The translations under genes and the position numbers were made by a program. The notes under the pieces were generated by a model. That model made no database searches. It had not been told where the DNA came from and worked only from the letters and a program-made list of their open reading frames with translations. A stretch of DNA of 63,433 bases, taken from IMG/VR virus record IMGVR_UViG_3300043177_000093, positions 1-63,433 of that record. One strand, written 5' to 3'. Positions 56,334 through 63,433 of this stretch are shown piece by piece (position 1 is the first letter of the stretch; the number at the start of each line of letters is the position of its first letter). The DNA is from an uncultured virus (IMG/VR IMGVR_UViG_3300043177_000093) (Duplodnaviria; Heunggongvirae; Uroviricota; Caudoviricetes).

Positions 56334-56639
56334 ATGGCTACAATCTACCGCTGTGACCGTTGTGGGGCAGAGGAACTCTCCCGAGATGCAGAAGATTGGC
56401 TTGATTCTGATCAAGGAGAGCTAATCTGTGGAGCGTGCCAAAATCCAGAATTGGTTGGCACAATCCCAATAGGAATCACCCTACCCTGCCCTCACTGCCG
56501 AACACAGGGAGACATGACTATTAGAATCCAAAATCCAGAACTTGGACCAGATGTTCGCTTAGCCCATTTTATCTGTCCGAATTCTGCCTGCGGACGGATC
56601 TGGGCTCTGACACTAGAGCTGAAAACACAAGAGACATGA
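56334..56639 (+). CDS. multi-CxxC Zn-finger protein
   Basis: CDRC, CGAC, CPHC, CP..AC. Confidence 0.55.
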   Translation: MATIYRCDRCGAEELSRDAEDWLDSDQGELICGACQNPELVGTIPIGITLPCPHCRTQGDMTIRIQNPELGPDVRLAHFICPNSACGRIWALTLELKTQET

Positions 56640-57174
56640 CCAAAAAGAACCTAGTTGATCTCACCATTCTTCTCGACCGGCTGGTGATCTCAATGTCACC
56701 TTTTACCAATTCGACAGTGAGGCGTTCGATCGAGTTTGGGGGCCTGTCTCAATCTACTCGGTTTCCAAAATCCAGATCAATCCAAGAGGATGTACTCCCC
56801 TGATTGATTCCATGAACCGTGCTATCGATGAGACTGGTCAGCGCTTGGCTGCAATGCCAGAATCTGAACGTCCCGCAAAAGTGCTCTTCGTAGTAATCAC
56901 CGATGGATTAGAAAATGCCTCAGTCCATGTGACACGAGCGTATCTACAGAGAAAGGTTGTCCATCAACGCACAGTCTACAACTGGGAGTTCTTTTACTTT
57001 GGGGCAAACCAGGACGCCTTTACTGAAGCTCGGACCTACGGAATTATTCATGGAATCACTTACGCAGCTACTCCTGCTGGTGTTCGAGGAATGTCCACTG
57101 GAGTCAATCAGATCATAACAACTGCTCGCACCGAAGATAAGTTCAACATCACTACTAGCTCACATGGCAGTTAG
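56636..57174 (+). pseudogene. vWA-domain gene broken by a frameshifting deletion
   Basis: MTKKNLVDLTILLDR stops short of the expected SGSM at ~56680; a second frame continues VTFYQFD...PRG.TPL.D...VITDG.ENAS...WEF.Y.GANQDA. Confidence 0.7.
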
Positions 57175-57370
57175 AGTAATGGGTCGAGCTGAGGCTTGCG
57201 TCTGCTCGATTGGGGAGTGCAAGTACGGATACTCCCCAGTCTCTGACTGCATCAATCGACGCGCCAGAACAGAAGACTTCCTGTTAGTCTTCTGTCCAAC
57301 ATGCCATGAGTATACTTGGCATGATGAAGTCGGATTGATTTGTCAGAAGTGTGGCTGTGAAAAGGATTAG
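57164..57370 (+). CDS. Cys-rich small protein
   Basis: several CxxC motifs. Confidence 0.45.
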   Translation: MAVRVMGRAEACVCSIGECKYGYSPVSDCINRRARTEDFLLVFCPTCHEYTWHDEVGLICQKCGCEKD

Positions 57371-57565
57371 AAGATCACAGTGAGCCCCACCAGCCTCTCG
57401 CTGGCGTGCGCTCATCTTTGCGCTCGAAGCGCCTTGATAGGTTTGCCAAACGACGGGGTTTTCATCCTATCGGGTGTTGATTCACCGAGGTTGAAAGGAG
57501 GTCGGATCCTCCCGTGCCACAAGGTGACTCACTGTGACATAGTAGTTTTGGGACCCACACACAGC

Positions 57566-58423
57566 TCATACTTTCTCAACCTCAAGCAGGGTCAACTTGA
57601 GCCAAGAATTGATGACTCCCAGACTTATTTGGCCATCCCATTCGACGCGATTGTTTGGATCACAATGCTGCTCCGCAGAGACAATACGAAAGCCTTCTTG
57701 CTCTAGGATTTCAACAATCTCAGCAAGGGTCTTGCGTTCCTCCGGCCTAAAGCCATGAGCCTCAAAAACAGTCTTGCGTTCTCTGAGACTGCAAGGGCCA
57801 TTACTTACCAGCTGGTCTGTGTGTTTGTAAATTGTGCTGACACGGAATCCGTAGATCAGCAGTCTGTCTACCAATCTGGAAACATCCATTTCGGTCATTT
57901 TCGCAGCTTCCACACAAGAGGTTCCCATTCCATCTCCCCCCGGCAGACTACTGGCGTGATTTCCCAACTCTCTATTTGAATTGGAACTGGCTGCTCCCAT
58001 CCACCTTCCTTTGGCAGTAGCAGACCCGACCATTTCTCCAAGATAGGCCGCTCCAACCACCGACCATGCTGTGTCAACCAGCATTCAGGGCATGGCAGGT
58101 CTTTCTCTCGACGTGGGATGAGCCAACCAGGGTCTCCATGTTTGGGGCAGGAAGCCCCTCTGGAGTAAGCTACTGAAAGCTCAGTCTTCAAGGTGGCCTC
58201 CCCCGATTTCCATCAACTGGATAGTGATCGTGCGTCTCCGGAAGTCAACTTCCCTTATGGAGCTAGAATAGTCCGGCTCCGAGAGGGTCTTTTCCGTACT
58301 GTCTGTTACGAAGGTGACTGCCCAGTGCGCGTGCTTTCCAGAGAGCAGAACTTCTAGGGACTTGCGTACGCTGCGCGGGCTTGCAAGTCCTTCTGCTTCC
58401 AGCAGATCGTTGTGGCTGGTCAT
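57566..58423 (-). CDS. three small ORFs (57566-57898, 57895-58191, 58181-58423)
   Basis: overlap-coupled ORFs; the middle one has CPKH..CPEC. Confidence 0.45.
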
Positions 58424-58433
58424 TCCCTCTTTC

Positions 58434-58832
58434 TCAGGAAAGTCCTTGCCCCGATGAGACCTCCCTTGAGGATTGGATCACTGATTGGGGGGGGGCTTTT
58501 GCGGCTACATCAATCAGGCGCTGCCTGAAGGCAAGGGCCTCTTCCAGTGTAGAGAAGTCCAGTTCAAAGGTGGCTGTCGAAACCTTATTCGCCTTCTCAT
58601 ACACTTCGACCATCCTCCCACCACGCGCCTCAACTGCCTTGACCAGATCACTAAACAATGGAGAAAGAGAATCGGATGTGCTTGCGTAGAACTCCCATCC
58701 CATTGTGACGTACTTAGTAATGGAGAGCACATAGCCCCTCACCGCCGGTTGTTCTCTCTTGGCAGAAATTGTCATAGCGGGAACCACAACAGTAGTAGGA
58801 ATCAACATTCGGAACAGGTCTCGTCGGTTCAC
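58434..58832 (-). CDS. Tat-signal hypothetical protein
   Basis: MNRRDLF twin-arginine signal followed by a hydrophobic stretch. Confidence 0.5.
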   Translation of the reverse strand: MNRRDLFRMLIPTTVVVPAMTISAKREQPAVRGYVLSITKYVTMGWEFYASTSDSLSPLFSDLVKAVEARGGRMVEVYEKANKVSTATFELDFSTLEEALAFRQRLIDVAAKAPPQSVIQSSREVSSGQGLS

Positions 58833-58853
58833 TGTGAAGTCTCCCAGATTCTA

Positions 58854-60062
58854 TTACGGTCTCGCCTCGAACTCGTCCAGTGCCGCACGCAGTGCAGCTT
58901 CCTGCGCCGGCCAAAGCCCCATCACGTTCGTCGTCTCGCCCGGGTCGAGCAGCAGGTCGAACAACTCCTCGGTCAGTGGAGGTGCTGCCATCGGTCCCGT
59001 CCTGCGCAGCTTGAACCGCTGCCCGCGCGCGCAGCGGTCGTAGTGCCCGAGGTCGTCGTTCTCCGTGCCGCACACCACGTTCGCGTGCCCGACGCCGAAA
59101 AGCTGGAGCCCGTCAATCCCAGGTGGCGGCGCGACGCCGAACCAGAGTGCGACCGTCGGCAGCACATCTACGATGTGCGAGAGCCTGTCGCAGCCACCTC
59201 CGGACAGCCCGGGGCCTGCAACAATCAACGGAACGTGGATCCCACGCTCGAATGTCGTGGTCTTCGAGCGCTCTGGGTCAGGACTCACCTGGATTGGCGT
59301 GCCGTTATCCCCGACGAAGATCACGCCGTCTACATCGAGGTCGATGCCGGCGAGGCACTGGGCAACCCACGAGTCGAGCGCCGCAATCATCGCCTGGTAC
59401 TTCGTCGGCTTGTCAGGCGTCGGTGGGTAGCCAGGAGGCAACCACTCGGCCGGCGGCCGGTGGAACGGCCCGTGCGCGAGCTGCGGGGCGAGCACGATCA
59501 GCCTCCCGCTCCCGGGCGGCAGCGCAAGCGCCACGTCCCGCGTTGCAGCCGGCTCGTACTGGGAGGAGACCTGAGCGATCCCGTCGTCCACGCGCATCCA
59601 GTTCGTATAGCTAGGGATCCCGAACATGATGCACTCGCTGACGTTGCTCGGCTGACCAGCCTTCCAGCCGTCGAAACCGTGTGCGTAGGGCGGTGAGTTG
59701 CCGCCGGTCGGGTCTCCCCCGAGGTGCCACTTCCCAATCAGGTACGAGGGGACCGCCGGTGCCATCTCCGCAATCGAGGTGAGTGTGAGGTCCGGCTCCT
59801 TCCCCGTCAGCCCGTCCCCGGGGCACCAGGATCCAGCCTCGCCGACGGCGTAGAGCCCAAAGAAGAGAGACCGGCGCGACGGGGAGCAGACCGGGTTCGC
59901 GTAGGCGCGCGTGAACGTGACGCCGTGCGCTGCGAGCACGTCGATGTTCGGCGTGAGGCCGAGCACGCTAGCGTCCTGAAGGTCCTGGTAGCCCACGTCG
60001 TCGGCAACGATGACGTAGAGGTCGCCCTGGGCGATGGCGAGGAGGAGGGATACAAGGATCAT
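58854..60062 (-). CDS. arylsulfatase-family (formylglycine-type) sulfatase
   Basis: ADDVG, TPNID.LA..G..F..AY, CSPSR, GKWHLG, H.P.H, DNG, E.G.HVPL, D..PT, ELFDL..DPGE..N; signal MILVSLLLAIAQG; ATG 60062. Confidence 0.85.
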   Translation of the reverse strand: MILVSLLLAIAQGDLYVIVADDVGYQDLQDASVLGLTPNIDVLAAHGVTFTRAYANPVCSPSRRSLFFGLYAVGEAGSWCPGDGLTGKEPDLTLTSIAEMAPAVPSYLIGKWHLGGDPTGGNSPPYAHGFDGWKAGQPSNVSECIMFGIPSYTNWMRVDDGIAQVSSQYEPAATRDVALALPPGSGRLIVLAPQLAHGPFHRPPAEWLPPGYPPTPDKPTKYQAMIAALDSWVAQCLAGIDLDVDGVIFVGDNGTPIQVSPDPERSKTTTFERGIHVPLIVAGPGLSGGGCDRLSHIVDVLPTVALWFGVAPPPGIDGLQLFGVGHANVVCGTENDDLGHYDRCARGQRFKLRRTGPMAAPPLTEELFDLLLDPGETTNVMGLWPAQEAALRAALDEFEARP

Positions 60063-60210
60063 GCTGCACCCCAACGCATGTAGAGCGGACCGATGGCGAT
60101 GAATCGGCTTGGGGCTCCGGTCGTCGTCCACCACTGCGGACGATGCCATCTACGCCACGAGAGGCCGATGAGCGGTAGCTTAGATTCTGATGAGCGCGGA
60201 CAGAAGAGGA

Positions 60211-62046
60211 TCATGGCCAGTAGACTCCGTAATGGAACTCAGGCGGGCAACCTGACAGGCGGCGCGCAGCGCGGTCACCGCCACACTGGGGGCAGATATC
60301 CCTGCCGCCGATGAGCGTTGTGCCGCTGACGAGCGGCCTTGTCGGGTCGCAATAGGGACAGACGGTGACGCTCGGGGCGAGCCCAGCACCGCAGTTGGGG
60401 CAGGTCCAGCCGATACTCATGGTTTGGTTATCTCGATTACGACTCGTTCTCTGATTATGCGCTTAGCCTCTTCGTTGACCGCACTTCGGATTAGATCCGT
60501 CAACGGATCTCCTGAGCCGTAGGCACCCCTAGTAAGGATTTTTCTTAGCTCGGCGGCCACAATATCTCGTACCATGTTCTGCAAGTAACCAGATTGCTCA
60601 AGTTGCCGCTGCACAGTCTGCGAGATGATCTCTGCTGCAAGGCCTCGGATGCTCTCCCGAGACAAGCCCAACTCATTCATCAACACTTGCCGGACTTCGT
60701 TGATACTGCTCATGCCGGTTTCTCTTTGATCTTGACCACGAAAGTCAACCCACAGCTTCGTGATCCGTCCGTTACGATAGAGGTCACCTTCACACTCGGA
60801 TTCCAGCACCTGTCTAGGTACTCCTGGAGTGCCTCTATTACAGTCGCCTCGTTGAGGCGCAGCTCATTGTTGCCCTTCATTTCTGTTGTTCCTGATCCTT
60901 CCAGCGGAACTCCACATCTCCGTCTGGAGTAGCCACCCACTCGGCCGCACCAGCCTCCACAGCCTCTTGTCGGAAGTCGCGCTTATATACACATCTGCCG
61001 ATTAGAACACCAAGACATAGGGCACAGATCGTCAATCCAAATGCCATCACGAAGTCATGGTCATCAGTCATCGTAGTGGACTCCCTCCAAAGCCACACCG
61101 ATTTAGATAATCCAACAACCCGTCCAGAGTTTTGTCACGAGTAGTTGGATACGCTTTCATCTTACGCAGGCCCATAGCTATATCGCGCACAATCTGCCCT
61201 AATGGGTGTGCCCGACAGCAATAAACATGGGCCGTCAGTAGTTCATGTTGTGAAGCTGGCGTGCCGGATGGGTACTACTCACCACAGAAGGCGCAGGTAA
61301 GCTCAACGAGCGGATCCACCGGACCTTGATAGCTCTCGCTAACAGGACATTATTGACCTCGATCCGTAGGCTGTGGACCAGCATTGTATCGTGCCAGCCC
61401 CATCGCTGTTGGAATCCATGATCCATCTGCTTGCCGAACTGCAAAACCGAGTTCTGCAAGCTCTTTCATTGTTGCATGTGAGATTGTATCTCCTGGCCAA
61501 ACTGGGTAGTTTAGTGCTAGCCCACACAACTCATCCCATTGAACAGACTCTGATTTCATTTCTTCGCCATATCTGAGATCAGCTTTCTCAACTGCGTATC
61601 TATTTTCTTGATGCGTTCGACATTGTGCTCAAAGCACCAGTATGGAGACCATTCTGTACCAGCAGTCTTGGAGCACCCAGGCTCTATGCACGGTTTTCCA
61701 GTGTGGGATTCAGGCCAATTCCTGGGATCGTTTGGATCGTCATACCTAGTCATTTTCTAAATCTTACCTTCGCATGGAGCTTGGCACTGTTACTTGCCTG
61801 GGGAAATATAGTGAGCATGTCGTCTGCATAGACGACTACAGTCTCATGGTCAGCTTCCAATCGGATACTGATGCCCCCAAAATATACAGGCTCGTGCGCA
61901 GGCAGATAAAATTGAGGCCCATGCACACGATCTCCAGCACGAAAGAAGATTGGTGATGGAATTTGGCCCGCAATCTGCGTGCGCAGAGTTTCATTTTCCC
62001 GACGCAGCATCTCCAGTTCCCTAGATTCCTTTTTGGTCAAGCTCAT
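60211..62046 (-). CDS. cluster of small accessory ORFs (60211-60420 Zn ribbon, 60417-60713, 60710-60880, 60877-61071 TM, 61350-61559, 61556-61753, 61750-62046)
   Basis: mostly ATGA-coupled short ORFs typical of phage early regions. Confidence 0.5.
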
Positions 62047-62048
62047 GC

Positions 62049-62516
62049 TCAGTCCCTCACCGCCGCCAGCGTCATCCCATCGAGCTGGTAAGTGACCTGC
62101 GCCACGCCGCACGGCATCAGGTGGTGAGCGTGCTCCGGGTGCGTCAGGCCCTCGCCAGTCTCCAGCGGAGCGGTCAGGACCACGACCGGGCCGAGCAGCG
62201 CCTTCGAGTCGAGCAGGCGTTCGCGCAGCTCCTGCGGCAGCCGGTCGAACGTGACCCACTCGGGCATCTGCACGCCCTCGTAGACCTCGAATCCGCCACC
62301 GACAACGATGTGCCTGGAGCCGATCGTGTCTCCGACGGCGATCTGCTTCGTCCCGAGCAGCTTACCGCGCGGCCAGTCCAGGGGCATCCAGTGAAGGTAC
62401 ACATCCCCTTGGTGCATGACTTGTCCGATCTGGATGCTGCGCGCGTCGCGCACCTCGGGAGATGCGACGGCCTTGTAGATGCGTTCGATTGCTTGTTCTG
62501 CGGTCAGCGTGCTCAT
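62049..62516 (-). CDS. conserved phage protein with QGDV...GSRH...HPEH motifs
   Basis: motif set typical of the partner gene found next to DUF6745-like proteins; start ATG 62516. Confidence 0.65.
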   Translation of the reverse strand: MSTLTAEQAIERIYKAVASPEVRDARSIQIGQVMHQGDVYLHWMPLDWPRGKLLGTKQIAVGDTIGSRHIVVGGGFEVYEGVQMPEWVTFDRLPQELRERLLDSKALLGPVVVLTAPLETGEGLTHPEHAHHLMPCGVAQVTYQLDGMTLAAVRD

Positions 62517-63433
62517 GACTTGGAAATGATCCTTTCTTCCGAGAATCCGCAAAGCGCCTCATGTGCCTCGCGGCATGTCTTGACTTCTACTTCGTCTGGC
62601 ATCGGCATATAGTAGACGCGGGACGTGCTGCCGTCCGTCCCTACGAGAATCCTCTGGTATTCGTCGTCCGCTAGAAGAGCCCGAGGCGCAGCGCCCAGAG
62701 GATATCCCTCGTAGTCAGCGTCAAGCAGCTTGGCGTGCGTGTCTGCGAGATAGCGTCCTTCTCCGTATCGCTCGCGCATGATTCTGCGCACTTCGGCATT
62801 CGATTCAGACTTGATCTCTGCTAGTGTGATTTCTTCCGGGCGCATGACGACATGCTCCGGCACAAGAATGCCATGCCAGAAGTAGAGGTTTTCGATTTCC
62901 GATTCCAAGGCGGGGCCATCCTCGCTGTGGAGCCGTCTTCCCGCTGCTGTCCGCTCTACATGTACGCGAGGCTTAGCTGCCCAGTAGAGCGTGCTTTCTG
63001 TCCAATAGAGAGTCCAACATCCTGAACAGAATGCTTCCAGAAGAGGACGAGACCATGATTCCTCTTTCGAGCTTGGGCTAGCTCCGAATAATGTTGTGAC
63101 TACCCAAGACACATCTCGCCAGTACCAAGACGATTGAACCGCCCACCGGCAAAGACGATCCAGAGCGGCCCGAGCGTCCTGAGCGTCCTGAGCGTTCTGA
63201 GCGGCCCGAGCGGCCTGAGCGGCCTGAGCGGCCTGAGCGGCCTGAGCGTCCCGAGCGTCCTGAGCGTCCTGAGCGTCCTGAGCGTCCCGAGCGTCCCGAG
63301 CGGCCCGAGCGGCCCGAGCGTCCTGAGCGTCCCGAGCGGCCGGAGCGTCCAGAGCGACCTGAGCGGCCTGAGCGTCCCGAGCGTCCTGAGCGTCCTGAGC
63401 GTCCTGAGCGTCCCGAGCGTCCCGAGCGGCCTG
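62513..63433 (-). CDS. DUF6745-like protein with N-terminal tripeptide repeats (5' end outside window)
   Basis: RLH..DGPA, Y.WHG..VP, I..E.NAEVRR..., DG..ST...Y, C.EA; frame stays open from 63112 to the window end. Confidence 0.75.
   Translation of the reverse strand, partial: QAARDARDAQDAQDAQDARDAQAAQVALDAPAARDAQDARAARAARDARDAQDAQDAQDARDAQAAQAAQAAQAARAAQNAQDAQDARAALDRLCRWAVQSSWYWRDVSWVVTTLFGASPSSKEESWSRPLLEAFCSGCWTLYWTESTLYWAAKPRVHVERTAAGRRLHSEDGPALESEIENLYFWHGILVPEHVVMRPEEITLAEIKSESNAEVRRIMRERYGEGRYLADTHAKLLDADYEGYPLGAAPRALLADDEYQRILVGTDGSTSRVYYMPMPDEVEVKTCREAHEALCGFSEERIISKS
63163..63433. repeat. 9-bp tandem repeat (GAGCGKCCY)n, about 30 copies, coding (R/Q)(D/A)A
   Basis: visible directly; in frame with the minus-strand CDS. 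Confidence 0.9.

Noticed and set aside
58485-59696. 403-aa plus-strand ORF and other long antisense ORFs (e.g. 2281-3162, 30408-31199)
   Set aside because: Shadow frames opposite well-supported genes; low-complexity translations without motifs.
63163-63433. CRISPR, telomere-like or non-coding repeat
   Set aside because: There are no spacers, and the 9-bp period is in frame with an open minus-strand CDS.

Overview
Segment of a large tailed dsDNA phage genome (siphovirus-like, long non-contractile tail with a GTA/JK06-type tail tip). Plus-strand arm (1-15.9 kb): small early genes, a sigma-like gene, an AT-hook protein, an RNA module, then a UDG-PolA fusion polymerase and a T4-like recombination set (UvsY-like, gp32-like SSB, RecA, Holliday junction resolvase, SbcD/SbcC). 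Minus-strand arm (16-56 kb): portal, scaffold, an ~8-kb cargo block (nuclease, phosphatase-PKD-lyase fusion, lyase paralog, sigma factor, 5'-3' exonuclease), major capsid protein, decoration genes, neck, two paralogous tail tubes, chaperones with a -1 frameshift, tape measure and tail tip. The right end holds small accessory genes, a vWA pseudogene, a GC-rich sulfatase and a repeat-containing gene that runs off the window. The standout is 3477-5739: an atypical tRNA-Met(CAT), then a regularly spaced array of six Y-RNA-like units. Each unit has a 7-bp acceptor-like terminal stem (one bulge in unit 0), an NCCA-like tail, a constant 9-nt linker and a variable apical domain; one carries a circularly permuted tRNA. 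The array leads directly into a Ro60/Rsr (TROVE-vWA) gene. No terminase, helicase/primase, integrase or clear endolysin is visible in the window. All calls come from reading motifs by eye; no searches were run.
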